This document shows positions 8,939 through 18,670 of a stretch of 64,000 nucleotides of DNA, piece after piece. The translations under genes and the position numbers were made by a program. Every line of letters begins with the position of its first letter. Position 1 is the stretch's first letter. Origin of the DNA: an uncultured Flavonifractor sp. (GTDB lineage: Bacteria; Bacillota; Clostridia; Oscillospirales; Oscillospiraceae); contig CAUWDA010000007.1 of the NCBI GenBank assembly GCA_963557075.1, positions 2,082 through 66,081 of the forward strand, written 5' to 3'. The notes under the pieces are model-generated. The model was not told the origin of the DNA. It worked only from the letters and a program-made list of their open reading frames with translations, and searched no databases.

Positions 8939-9490
8939 TCAGTACAGGGCGTGATAGATCTCCTGATAGCGGTCGTAGGGGGAGAAACGGTCATTGTCGG
9001 TGACGCTCTCCCGGGGGAGGGCCAGGGGAAGCTGTTCTCCCATGTCCTGGATGAGACTGCGGGCCAAGCTGTAACGGCCCCGGACATAGGCCTCGTTGAT
9101 CTGCCAGAACCAGTCCATGGCCTGGCTGGCCTGAGACAGGGCGTAGAGTTGATCCTCCTGCTCGTCCAGCCGGTCCTCCTGCTCCCGGATGGTCTGCTGA
9201 TTCTGGGAGACGGCCTGCTCCAGATCCTCCACCTGCTTGGTGAGCGCCTCGTTCTGGCGGATGGTATTCTCCAGGGTCTGGGTGGCGGAGCTGGAGGTCT
9301 GCTGCAAATTGTTCAGAGCCTCCTGATTGGCTCGCCGCTGCATCAGCAGGGACATGAGCAGCAGCAGGAAGGCCGCCGCAAAGAGAATGGTCAGGTACAG
9401 CAGCACCGGGTTGCGCTTCTGGGGCTTTTCGTGCTCCGCAGCGTGCTGGAGATGGCCCCGCTCCTGGTTTTCGGATTCGGGTTTGCTCAA
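8939..9490 (-). CDS. Hypothetical bitopic membrane coiled-coil protein
   Basis: One TM plus long coiled coil; start overlaps the parB stop. Confidence 0.75.
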   Translation of the reverse strand: MSKPESENQERGHLQHAAEHEKPQKRNPVLLYLTILFAAAFLLLLMSLLMQRRANQEALNNLQQTSSSATQTLENTIRQNEALTKQVEDLEQAVSQNQQTIREQEDRLDEQEDQLYALSQASQAMDWFWQINEAYVRGRYSLARSLIQDMGEQLPLALPRESVTDNDRFSPYDRYQEIYHALY

Positions 9491-10377
9491 AGCTGGGCAC
9501 CTCCTTTGTCGTGGGAGGGCAGCTGCTCCAGCAGGTCCAGCAGGGTGTTCAGGTCCTCCGGGTTGTAATATTCCAGCTCCACCTTGCCCTTCTTTTTGCC
9601 GCTGACGATATGGACCTTGCGGCCGAAGCGGGTGGCCAGGGATTTTTCCGCGGCCCGGAGGTAAATGGACAGGTCAGGGCCGGGCGGGGGAGAGGGGGGC
9701 TCCTTCTCGCCGGCGGCCAGCCGCTTGGCCAGGGCTTCGGTCTGGCGGACGCTCAGATCTTCCGCAATGACCTTCTGTGCCAGCTTTTTTTGCAGCTCTC
9801 CGCTGGGGGCGGCCAGAATGGCCCGGGCGTGTCCGGCGGACAACTTACCCTCCTCCAGCAGCTGGTGGACCGGGTCGGGGAGGGCCAGCAGCCGCAGAGC
9901 GTTGGCCACAGCGGGGCGGGACTTGCCCACCCGGTGGGCCACCTCCTCCTGGGTGAGGCCGTACTCCTCCATCAGCACTTTATAGCCGTTGGCTTCTTCC
10001 ACCGGATTCAGATCCTCCCGCTGGAGGTTTTCGATGAGTCCCAGCTCCATGACCTTGCGGTCATCGGCTTCGATGATGACGGCGGGCACCTCGGTGAGAC
10101 CGGCCAGCTTGGCGGCCCGCCACCGCCGCTCGCCGGCGATGATCTGGTAATATCCGGAGGAGAGCCGCCGGACGGTGAGGGGCTGGATCACTCCGTGGGT
10201 GCGGATGGAGTCGGCCAGATCCTGTAGGGCGGATTCGTCAAAGCGCTTTCGGGGCTGCTTCAGGCCGGGCTCCACCTGGGAGATGGGGAGGGAGAGGGAA
10301 CCCCCCTCCTGGGCCTGGAGGGCGGCGTCCCCCAGCAGCGCGCCCAGGCCCTTGCCCAGGCCGCGTTCCAGTGCCAT
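9487..10377 (-). CDS. parB: Chromosome partitioning protein ParB/Spo0J
   Basis: GLGKGLGALL, IIAGERRWRAA, LIENLQREDLNPVEEA, HTH. Confidence 0.95.
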   Translation of the reverse strand: MALERGLGKGLGALLGDAALQAQEGGSLSLPISQVEPGLKQPRKRFDESALQDLADSIRTHGVIQPLTVRRLSSGYYQIIAGERRWRAAKLAGLTEVPAVIIEADDRKVMELGLIENLQREDLNPVEEANGYKVLMEEYGLTQEEVAHRVGKSRPAVANALRLLALPDPVHQLLEEGKLSAGHARAILAAPSGELQKKLAQKVIAEDLSVRQTEALAKRLAAGEKEPPSPPPGPDLSIYLRAAEKSLATRFGRKVHIVSGKKKGKVELEYYNPEDLNTLLDLLEQLPSHDKGGAQL

Positions 10378-10379
10378 AA

Positions 10380-11165
10380 TTATTCGCTCCTTTCTTCCCG
10401 GGCGATGGCGTATTGATTGTGCTCCAGCAGTTCGGAGGCCAGGGCGGCATAGGCCTCAGCCCCCCGGGAATAGGGGTCGTAGGCCTGGACCGGCTTGCCG
10501 AAACTGGGGGCCTCGGACAGACGGACGTTGCGGGGAATGACGGTGGCATATACCTGTCCGGGGAAGTGGCGCTTGACCTCCTCCGCCACCTGCATGGACA
10601 GGTTGGTCCGCCCGTCGTACATAGTGAGTACCACGCCCTCCAGTCCGATCTTGGGGTTCAGAGACCGCTTCACGATGCGGACGGTGGAGAGCAGGTCGCT
10701 GAGCCCCTCCAGGGCGTAGTATTCGCACTGCACCGGCACCAGTACCGAGTCGGCGGCGCACAGGGCATTGAGGGTGAGCAGCTCCAGAGAGGGGGGACAG
10801 TCAATAAAGATATAGTCGTACTGGTCCTCCAGCTCAGCCAGGGCCTGCTTCAGCAGATATTCCCGGTGGTCGGCGGTGATCATCTCCACCGTGGCGCCGG
10901 CCAGGGATTTATTGGCGGGGATCACGTCCACATAGGGAGTATTGACCACCGCCCGGGACACCTGGACGCCGTTGAGAAGTACGTCATAGATATTGGGGGA
11001 GAGAGTTTTGTCCACGCCAAAACCGGAGGTGGTGTTGGCCTGGGGGTCAAAGTCGCACACCAGGACCCGCTGATCCTGCTTTTTCAGGGCGGCGGCCAGG
11101 TTGACGCAGGTGGTCGTTTTGCCGACCCCGCCCTTCTGATTTACAATAGCAATGGTTTTTGCCAT
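10380..11165 (-). CDS. parA: Chromosome partitioning ATPase ParA/Soj
   Basis: NQKGGVGKTT, DFDPQANTT, DCPPSL, PRNVRLSEAPSFG. Confidence 0.95.
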   Translation of the reverse strand: MAKTIAIVNQKGGVGKTTTCVNLAAALKKQDQRVLVCDFDPQANTTSGFGVDKTLSPNIYDVLLNGVQVSRAVVNTPYVDVIPANKSLAGATVEMITADHREYLLKQALAELEDQYDYIFIDCPPSLELLTLNALCAADSVLVPVQCEYYALEGLSDLLSTVRIVKRSLNPKIGLEGVVLTMYDGRTNLSMQVAEEVKRHFPGQVYATVIPRNVRLSEAPSFGKPVQAYDPYSRGAEAYAALASELLEHNQYAIAREERSE

Positions 11166-11322
11166 AGCGCACCTGCCTTTTATCTGGTAAACGATTCGAG
11201 TTCTATTATATCCCCTTGTATGGCGCAATTCAACTGAAATTGAAAAAGAAGTCCCTTTTCAAGAGAAGTGCGTCAGTCGCATTGCGATGGATTTCGGACC
11301 GATATAAGGCTGGGTCACTGTG

Positions 11323-11641
11323 AAAAAAGAGAGGGTGTTTCACGCCGCAGCGTAACGAAAATGTGCCGGTGGCACATTTTTAGCGTAGGTCGTGGCAGCT
11401 ATGCTGCCACGAGGGCACTACGTAAAAAAAGGAGTGTTTCACGCCGCAGCGTAACGAAAATGTGCCGGTGGCACATTTTTAGCGTAGGTCGTGGCAGCTA
11501 TGCTGCCACGAGGGCACTATGCAAAAAGGGAGTGTTTCACGGCGCAGCGCAACAAAAATGTGCCGGTGGCACATTTTTAGCGTAGATCGTGGCGGCTATG
11601 CTGCCACGAGGGCACTACGTAAAAAAAGGGAGTGTTTCACG
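11323..11641. repeat. Three tandem ~99-bp hairpin-rich units, each bounded by the left half of parS
   Basis: GTGTTTCACG recurs at 11335, 11434, 11532 and 11632; units contain aaaatgtgcc-ggt-ggcacatttt and tcgtggcagc-tat-gctgccacga hairpins. Confidence 0.9.
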
Positions 11642-11648
11642 TGAAACA
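11633..11648. promoter_or_regulatory. parS site
   Basis: Perfect palindrome TGTTTCACGTGAAACA, extended by ggag/ctcc. Confidence 0.92.
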
Positions 11649-11666
11649 CTCCAAAAAGAGAGGGGG

Positions 11667-12473
11667 TTATGATTTGGGAATGGTAATGGTGAGTTGGATG
11701 GCTTCCGCTGTCTCCTGCCGCTTGCAGTTGGCGTCTACGCCGGCGCTTTTCATCATGGACAGGCCCCGGGTGACGGTGTTGAGGAAGAGACGCACATCCT
11801 TGAGGATAAAGGCGGGCTTCTTCCGGGGCTGGCGGTCCGGTGTGGGGTGGAGCAGCTCCTCCACATAGGCCTCAGTGGCTGCCACGGTGAGACCGGACTC
11901 CGCCACATGGCGGGCGGTCTCCTCCTGAAGGGCTGGGTCCTCCAGCCGCAACAGCGCCCGGGCATGGCGCTCGGTACAGCCGTGCTCCCGCAGAATGGAC
12001 AGGGCCGCAGGGGGGAGACGGAGCAGCCGCAGTTTGTTAGCCACAGCGGACTGGGATTTGCCGATCCGCCGGGCGGCCTCCTCCTGAGAGAGATGGTAGG
12101 TCTGGATGAGGGCGGACAGGGCGGCGGCTTCCTCCACGAAATCCAGATCCCGCCGCTGTAAATTCTCCACCAGGGCCAGCAGGGAGGACTCCTGCCCGTC
12201 CACCGTGATCACAATACAGGGCACCTCGGCCAGCCCCGCCAGCTTGGAGGCCCGCAGCCGCCGCTCTCCGGATACCAGCTCATATCCGCTGCCGGTGCGG
12301 CGCACCGATAGAGGCTGGAGCACTCCGTGCTCTTTGATGCTGGCGGCCAGCTCCTCCAGACCATCCTGGGCAAAGAACTTCCGGGGTTGGCCGGGGTTGG
12401 GGGAGATGGCGTGAATGGGTAAAAACTGGACCCGATTGCTTTCAAACAGGCCCTTTCGGCGCAGCAGCGGCAT
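11667..12473 (-). CDS. noc: ParB-like nucleoid occlusion protein
   Basis: Second ParB-family gene directly upstream of parA (YELVSGERRLRA, ENLQRRDL), with Noc-type C-terminus (KDVRLFLNTV). Confidence 0.75.
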   Translation of the reverse strand: MPLLRRKGLFESNRVQFLPIHAISPNPGQPRKFFAQDGLEELAASIKEHGVLQPLSVRRTGSGYELVSGERRLRASKLAGLAEVPCIVITVDGQESSLLALVENLQRRDLDFVEEAAALSALIQTYHLSQEEAARRIGKSQSAVANKLRLLRLPPAALSILREHGCTERHARALLRLEDPALQEETARHVAESGLTVAATEAYVEELLHPTPDRQPRKKPAFILKDVRLFLNTVTRGLSMMKSAGVDANCKRQETAEAIQLTITIPKS

Positions 12474-12575
12474 GGCGGCCCCTCCTTCTCGACGGTAAAT
12501 CATAAGTCTGACTATAGATTACCATATTTTTCCGCAAAAGAAGGCGAAGAGGGTCGATTGGGAAATATTTTCCAT

Positions 12576-13265
12576 TTAGAGGGACGCGAGACTTACAGCA
12601 TGAGCCAGCTGCCGGAGAAAGACCAGGTTGCTGGGCCGCCGGGCCGGCAGACCGCCCATCAGCGCCAGATAGGCGGGAGTGGGGTTGGCGTGCAGCTTAT
12701 CCACCATGGAGCGGATGTTTTTCTCCACGCTGGCGTAGCCGGTGCGCTGGGCGGCGATGGTGGGGGCGTAGGCCTCTTTGAGCAGAGCATCCGGGTTCTG
12801 GCAGAGCACCGCCGCCGCTTGAGCCGCCGCCTCCATGCCCAGGCCGCAGGCCCCCATCTCCTCCAGCAGTGCCAGCGCGGTCCGCGTCAGGGGCGCCAGA
12901 CAGAGGGAACGGAGCAGCTGGGGCAGGATCTGGTAGTTTACAGGCTTGACCAGGTAGTAGCTGGCCCCAAGGGAGAGGGCGCACTTCACCACCCCCTGAT
13001 GGGAGGCCTGGGAGAGCACCACTACCACCGGCCGGATCCGCTGGCGGGACAGGGCCCGGAGGACGGCCAGACCGTCCATGCCGGGCATCACCAGATCCAG
13101 CAGCACCGCGTCGGGCTGGAGCAGATCGATCAGCTCCAGACAGGCCAATCCGTCCTCTGCCGCGCCGCACAAACGGAGTCCGGGCAGGGTGGGGATGGTA
13201 TCGGTCAGCAGACGCCGGGCGGCGGGGTCGTCCTCCGCCACCAGAACGCGGATGAGAGAGGACAC
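12576..13265 (-). CDS. Spo0A-like response regulator (receiver + shortened Spo0A-type C domain)
   Basis: AEDD, LLDLVMPGMDG, YLVKP receiver motifs; SVEKNIR...RPSN resembles the Spo0A HTH. Confidence 0.7.
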   Translation of the reverse strand: MSSLIRVLVAEDDPAARRLLTDTIPTLPGLRLCGAAEDGLACLELIDLLQPDAVLLDLVMPGMDGLAVLRALSRQRIRPVVVVLSQASHQGVVKCALSLGASYYLVKPVNYQILPQLLRSLCLAPLTRTALALLEEMGACGLGMEAAAQAAAVLCQNPDALLKEAYAPTIAAQRTGYASVEKNIRSMVDKLHANPTPAYLALMGGLPARRPSNLVFLRQLAHAVSLASL

Positions 13266-13268
13266 GGC

Positions 13269-13625
13269 TCAATCCTCCGGCCCCAGGGCCTCAGCCGCGT
13301 TGAGCGCCAGCAGCAGCATCCGGGCGGCCAGCTCCCGGTCCAGGGGCGTGGTCTGCCGCAGATGCCGGTTGAGCCGGTCCATCGCCGGGTCCTCGGGGAG
13401 GACGCCGTGGGCCAGGTACTCCAGCCCCACATCCAGTACCTTGCCTAAGTCCACAAAAATGGCCATGGACATACACTTTTTTCCCTGTTCGATGTCGCTG
13501 ACATACTGAGATGAGATCCCCAGCTGCTCTGCCAGCTGTTCCCGGCTCAGGCCCAGCTGTGTGCGGCAGTCCCACACCCGCTGGCCCACCTCTGTCAGCC
13601 AGCGCCGCTTCTCCTGCTTTTCCAT
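13269..13625 (-). CDS. XRE-family HTH regulator
   Basis: GLSREQLAEQLGISSQYVSDIEQG. Confidence 0.85.
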   Translation of the reverse strand: MEKQEKRRWLTEVGQRVWDCRTQLGLSREQLAEQLGISSQYVSDIEQGKKCMSMAIFVDLGKVLDVGLEYLAHGVLPEDPAMDRLNRHLRQTTPLDRELAARMLLLALNAAEALGPED

Positions 13626-13790
13626 GTCAGCCACCCCTATCCAGAGAGATTCCAAACTATAGATATAGGGTGTCACAACTCAATATTTTTACAAGAAACT
13701 ATAGAGTGGAAGAAAACAACTAAAATTTTAGGCGGGGAGTCAGAGAACGGGGCAGACAGGGAAGTGGGGGGAGAGGAGCCTTGCGGTGCA

Positions 13791-13824
13791 ATAAAAAATG
13801 GCCGCCTGAACGCAGGCGGCCATT
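13791..13824 (-). terminator. Intrinsic terminator of the PrsA-like gene
   Basis: aatggccgcctg/caggcggccatt stem plus TTTTTT on the minus strand. Confidence 0.75.
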
Positions 13825-13849
13825 GTGTGTATGGCGTTTTGTGACGGGA

Positions 13850-15115
13850 TCAGGCCGCGGGAGAGGCGGTGGGCTCTGCCGCGGGGGTCTCGGTCTGGGG
13901 CGCTTCGCTCTCGGGAGCGGCGGTATTGCCCTCGGGGCTGGTGGAGGCCTCAGCCTGGGCCTGCTGCTCCTCCTGCCACTGCTTGACCATGCCGATCATA
14001 TGGTCATAGAAGGGCTTGGGGTCCAGATTGTCATAGGCCTCGGTGGTCTTGACCTTGGCGTCGGCGGTCCACTGGTCCAGAAGGCGGTTCATGGCGTAGT
14101 TGGAGTAGGCATTCCGGGTCTCTTCGTTGTCGGCGTTCTGCCGCAGCAGGATATGGTAGCCGTAGTTGGTCTCCACGGGCTGGCTGATCTGGTCCACGTC
14201 CAGACCGGTGCCGGCGGTGACAAACTCTTTTACCAGGGCGGAAGAGCCGTCCAGCAGAGCGCCGGAGGCCAGGAAGGTATAGCCCTCGGGTTTGAGCAGC
14301 TCGCCGCTGGTCTGGTCCCGGCCGTCGTCACTGTGCTCCTTCATGGCGGCGTCAAAGGCGGCGACAGGGTCGGAGTCGGCGGTGATCTGATCGTAGAGGG
14401 CGTCGGCCTCCGCCTTGGTGGCGGCCTTTTCCTCGTCAGTGACAGCGGAGTTATCCTCGTGGGTGGGGAAGGCGATGAGGATGTGCTTACAGTTGAAAAT
14501 GCCCTCCTCCTCGATCATGGCCTGGAGCTCCTCGTCGGTGGGGGTGAGCTCCCCCTTCTCCTCCAGGGCGCTCTGGAGACCCTGGACCAGATAGTAGGTG
14601 TCGTTAAGGGTCAGATAGCCCTCCCGGCTGATGCACTGCTGGTCCAGCCACTCCTGGAGGGTGAGGCCGTAGTACTGCTCATAGAGCGCGCCCATCTGCT
14701 CCAGCTGGGCCTCCGCCTCGGCGCGCTGCTCCTCGGTGACAGAGATGCCGGCATCCTCTGCGTGATTGGACACTGCGGCGTACAGCTTGCTGATCTCCAG
14801 GGCCTGCTCCTTCAGATAGTCGGCGGTGTCCTGCTCCTCGATCTGCTCCTCCCAGGCCTCGTCGTCAGCCAGGTAGCCGGCGCTCTTGGCCTCGGAGATG
14901 CTGGTCAGCAGCCAGTACAGGTACTGGTCGGCGGTGACATCCCGGCCGTCTACCGTAAAGAGCACAGTGTCCCGGGTCAGGCCGGTGGCCTGATAGGCGA
15001 TATCATCGCCGGCGGGGGTGGCGCTGGGCTGGGCATCAGATGTGGAGCAACCGGCCAGTGCGCCGGTCAGAAGCGCGCCGGTCATGCCGACGCACAAGAG
15101 CTTCTTCCAATTCAT
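13850..15115 (-). CDS. PrsA-like parvulin peptidyl-prolyl isomerase lipoprotein
   Basis: Lipobox LAGC; KHILI, HSDDG, ISQPVETNYGYHI. Confidence 0.85.
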   Translation of the reverse strand: MNWKKLLCVGMTGALLTGALAGCSTSDAQPSATPAGDDIAYQATGLTRDTVLFTVDGRDVTADQYLYWLLTSISEAKSAGYLADDEAWEEQIEEQDTADYLKEQALEISKLYAAVSNHAEDAGISVTEEQRAEAEAQLEQMGALYEQYYGLTLQEWLDQQCISREGYLTLNDTYYLVQGLQSALEEKGELTPTDEELQAMIEEEGIFNCKHILIAFPTHEDNSAVTDEEKAATKAEADALYDQITADSDPVAAFDAAMKEHSDDGRDQTSGELLKPEGYTFLASGALLDGSSALVKEFVTAGTGLDVDQISQPVETNYGYHILLRQNADNEETRNAYSNYAMNRLLDQWTADAKVKTTEAYDNLDPKPFYDHMIGMVKQWQEEQQAQAEASTSPEGNTAAPESEAPQTETPAAEPTASPAA

Positions 15116-15273
15116 GTTTTGATCCTCCTTGTAATGACCGGACAGAGCCGGCGAAACGGAATATAGTTTACACCTTTTTTGCCTGACAGGCAAGAAAACC
15201 GGGACGGCATTTACTGAAAATTCACAAACGCCGTCCCGGAGAGGTGATTTAAGATAGGAGATAGGAGATAGGG

Positions 15274-16131
15274 CTATGCCCGCAAAAAGCCCTTGCCGAA
15301 GATCTCGCTGGAATTGGCCACGATCATGAAGGCGTGAGGCTCGACCTCCTTCAAATAGCGGCGGAGGACCACCGCCTGGCCCCGGGACAGCACGGTGAGC
15401 ACCACATAGTGGATGTCGTGGGTATAGGCCCCCTGAGCGGTCCACAGGGTGGCGCCTCGGCCCAGGGAGTGGGTCACAAAGTCACACACATTTTCCGGAT
15501 TGGAGGTAATGACAAAGAAGGCCTTCCGCCGGTTGAGAGATTCAATGGCCGAGTCCACCAGCACCGACTTGAGGGCCAGACCCAGCAGAGAGCACAGTCC
15601 CGCCGTGGGGTTGAACACGAAGAGGGCGGCGGCGGCAATGGCCACATCGGAGATGAGCAGGGCGGTGCCCACGTCCAGACCGGTGTATTTTTTCAGGATC
15701 ATGGCGGCGATATCGGTGCCGCCGGAGGAGGCGTCGATATTAAAGAGGATGGCCGCACCCACAGCCGGCAGGATGACGGCGAAGAAGAGCTCCAGCATCA
15801 GCTGGTCGGTGAGGGGCTCGGTGAGGGGCCACACCAGGGAGAACACCTGGATCATACCCGCCGACAGCAGGGAGCAGTACACCGTTCGGAAGCCGAAGCT
15901 CCTGTCCAGCATAAGAAAGCCCAGGATCAGAAAGAGCACGTTGATGATGCTGTTGTAGGTAGATGCGGACAGCATGGGCAGGACCTTGCCCAGCAGGATG
16001 GACAGGCCGGATACGCCGCCCATGGAGAAGTTGTTGGGAAACTTGAAGAAGTAGACCCCCACCGAGATCATGAGGGTGGCTACGTTCATCCAAAGGAATT
16101 CTTTCCAGAAACATTTTTTGTCTGCGGACAT
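15274..16131 (-). CDS. YitT-family membrane protein
   Basis: F..PNNFSMGGVSG, ASSGGTDI, GATLW..GAYT, C-terminal PHAF. Confidence 0.85.
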   Translation of the reverse strand: MSADKKCFWKEFLWMNVATLMISVGVYFFKFPNNFSMGGVSGLSILLGKVLPMLSASTYNSIINVLFLILGFLMLDRSFGFRTVYCSLLSAGMIQVFSLVWPLTEPLTDQLMLELFFAVILPAVGAAILFNIDASSGGTDIAAMILKKYTGLDVGTALLISDVAIAAAALFVFNPTAGLCSLLGLALKSVLVDSAIESLNRRKAFFVITSNPENVCDFVTHSLGRGATLWTAQGAYTHDIHYVVLTVLSRGQAVVLRRYLKEVEPHAFMIVANSSEIFGKGFLRA

Positions 16132-16173
16132 GATGGGGGGACCTCCTCTTCTTCTCTGCACCCGGAGAGCGGA

Positions 16174-17832
16174 TCAGCGGGCGGCTTTGACAGCGCTCCA
16201 GACGTCATAACCGGTGGAGGTGGGAATGGTACCCACCCGCCAGAGGGAGACGCCGGTGACGCCGAACATCCGGGCCAGCTGCAGCTTGTCCGTAACGCTG
16301 CGGGCGTCCTCATACCAGACCTTGTAGCGGCTGCCGTCCTCGGCGGTGTAGAGGGCCCAGGGGTTGCGGTACTTCTCGCTGTAGGTCACCTCGGTATCCG
16401 GCTGGGCCAGCCGGGCGGCCAGGGTGGCGGGGCCGGGGTGATAGAGGGTGTCGTCCAGCAGCCGCCCCGCCTCGTCCACGTGGAACCCGGCGGTGGAGAA
16501 GGAGATGGCCAGCGCCACTTTGCCCACGTCGGCCACACCGGTGGCCGGGTCTGTGATGTCCCGCAGGGCCTCATACACGCTGGGGAAGGGGGTGACGGGG
16601 GAGGTGGTGTTGCCGGTGCCCACATAGGAGGACGGGATGGAGGTCCACTGGTAGTCATGGGCCATCAAAATTACCTTGTCACACACCTCGCCCAGGCCCC
16701 GGTAGTCAAAGCCGGTATACCAGGTGTCGGGCTGGACGCAGACGTACAGCGCCTTGCCGGCGGGGAGGGCGGCCCGCAGTTCTCTCATAAAGGTGACATA
16801 ATTCTTTTTTATGGTTTCCCCTTTCAGACCCTCGAAGTCAATGGTCAGCCCGGCATAGTCCCCGGCGGCTGACGCCAGGGCGCTGATGGCCTGGGCCCGG
16901 GCGCCGGCGTCATTGACCACTGCCGCCACAGTGGAGGAGGCGGTCCCGTCGGCCAGGGTCACCGAATCGGCGGCAGAGCCGAACACACACAGGTTGTAAT
17001 CCACCCCGTGGCTGTCAAAGTAATCGGTAGCAGGGGAGGGGTCGGAGGGGCGCACCCAGTCGTTGCCTCCGGCGCTGGTGGAGTTGAGGGTGGGGCCGTC
17101 CGGGCCGTATTCCAGCCGGGCCCAGCCCAGGCTGACAGCGTCCATGTCGCCGGTCAGATTGATCTGGGCATAGGAGGAGAAGGCGTAAAAGCCATGCAGG
17201 AAGTCCACCTTGGAGATGTACCGCTCATAGACCCGCACCAGCATGGCGGCGGCCTCCTCCCGGGTGGCGGAGTGGGCAGGGAGGAACTTCAGCTGGCCGT
17301 TGGGGCCGGACACACCGCGGATCATGCCGATATCGTAGGCGATGGCGATGTAGCCATGGTTGCCGGTCACGTCGCTGAAGGGGAGGGACAGGGCGGACAG
17401 GTCCTGGGCCAGAGTGTCATACCCCAGGGCCCGAACCAGCATCACCGCCATCTCCTCCCGGCTGATGAAGTCCAGAGGGCGGAAGGCGCCGCTGTCTGCC
17501 ATCACGTTGTGGGCGCGGGCGGTTTCCACGGAGGAATAGTACCACTCGCCGGTGGGGCAGTCGATGTAGGAGGGGGTGGCGGGGGAGAGGACCTCCCAGC
17601 CGAACATACGGCACAGGATCGTGACAAATTCAGCCCGGGTGAGCTCCACCCCGATGCCAAAGCGCCCGTCGAGATAGCCCTCCATCAGGCCGTAGTCCCT
17701 GGCCTTGTTGATGTCTGCCTGCGCCCAGTGGCCGTCGGTATCGGAAAAGGCCCGGGCCGGGGGAGACAGGGGGGCGGTGGAGAGAAGAAGGGCGGCAGTG
17801 AGGGCCGCCGCACAGAGCCGGCGTTTCATCAT
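16174..17832 (-). CDS. SLH-domain glycoside hydrolase family 18 protein
   Basis: Signal peptide, three SLH repeats, GLTIDFE, MAHDY, WYED, GVSLWRVG. Confidence 0.85.
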   Translation of the reverse strand: MMKRRLCAAALTAALLLSTAPLSPPARAFSDTDGHWAQADINKARDYGLMEGYLDGRFGIGVELTRAEFVTILCRMFGWEVLSPATPSYIDCPTGEWYYSSVETARAHNVMADSGAFRPLDFISREEMAVMLVRALGYDTLAQDLSALSLPFSDVTGNHGYIAIAYDIGMIRGVSGPNGQLKFLPAHSATREEAAAMLVRVYERYISKVDFLHGFYAFSSYAQINLTGDMDAVSLGWARLEYGPDGPTLNSTSAGGNDWVRPSDPSPATDYFDSHGVDYNLCVFGSAADSVTLADGTASSTVAAVVNDAGARAQAISALASAAGDYAGLTIDFEGLKGETIKKNYVTFMRELRAALPAGKALYVCVQPDTWYTGFDYRGLGEVCDKVILMAHDYQWTSIPSSYVGTGNTTSPVTPFPSVYEALRDITDPATGVADVGKVALAISFSTAGFHVDEAGRLLDDTLYHPGPATLAARLAQPDTEVTYSEKYRNPWALYTAEDGSRYKVWYEDARSVTDKLQLARMFGVTGVSLWRVGTIPTSTGYDVWSAVKAAR

Positions 17833-18097
17833 GGAAAGCAGCCTCCTTTGTGGTTGACCTGTTGCCGGCTCCGGGCGCCGGCGCTGGGAGTTATCCTTAT
17901 TTTATCAAAGCCTGGGAGAAAGTACAACGGAAATCGAAGCGAGTATAGGGGATAAACGCAAAAATACCTTGTCATATCAGACAAATTTGCTAAAAAGAGA
18001 TGACGAGAGCAAAGTTTTTTGATAGAATATGGGCAGTTGAAGTGGATAAGAGAATCCGATACAATGGAAATGAATTTTTTCTTAAGGAGACGGCGCC

Positions 18098-18670
18098 ATG
18101 AAGTTGTTGGAAGAGCGTATCCGCACCGATGGAAAGATCCGTGAGGGCGGCGTACTGAAAGTAGACAGTTTCCTCAACCATCAGATGGATGTGAAGCTGT
18201 TCCAGGAGATGGGTAAGGAATTTCTGCGCTTGTATAAGGACTGTGGGGTCACCAAGATTTTGACCATCGAGGCATCGGGGATCGGGATCGCGTGTGTGGC
18301 CGCGCAGTTTTTTGATTGTCCGGTGATCTTTGCCAAAAAGAACAAGACCAAGAACATCGCCGGTGATGTGTACACGTCCAAGGTGGAGTCCTTCACCCAC
18401 GGCAAGGTATATGATATCATCGTTTCCAAGGAGTTCCTGGGACCCGGGGACCGTGTGCTGGTCATTGATGATTTCCTGGCCAACGGCTCCGCCCTTCAGG
18501 GCTTGATCAAGCTGGTGCAGGATGCCGGGGCCACCCTGGTGGGGGCCGGTATCGCAGTGGAGAAGGCCTTCCAGCCCGGCGGCGACATGATCCGCGCGAT
18601 GGGCGTGCGGGTGGAATCTCTGGCGAGAATCAAGAGCATGAGCGAGGAGAACGGCTTCGAGTTCTGCTGA
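18098..18670 (+). CDS. xpt: Xanthine phosphoribosyltransferase
   Basis: LKVDSFLNHQMD, TIEASGI, IIDDFLANG-type PRT motif. Confidence 0.92.
   Translation: MKLLEERIRTDGKIREGGVLKVDSFLNHQMDVKLFQEMGKEFLRLYKDCGVTKILTIEASGIGIACVAAQFFDCPVIFAKKNKTKNIAGDVYTSKVESFTHGKVYDIIVSKEFLGPGDRVLVIDDFLANGSALQGLIKLVQDAGATLVGAGIAVEKAFQPGGDMIRAMGVRVESLARIKSMSEENGFEFC

Noticed and set aside
11323-11641. Possible CRISPR array
   Set aside because: The units are whole-length near-identical, there are no unique spacers, and there are no cas genes.
17940-18097. Purine riboswitch upstream of xpt (and upstream of the BMP gene)
   Set aside because: The conserved AUAUGG / GUUUCUACC / CCGUAAA elements are absent.
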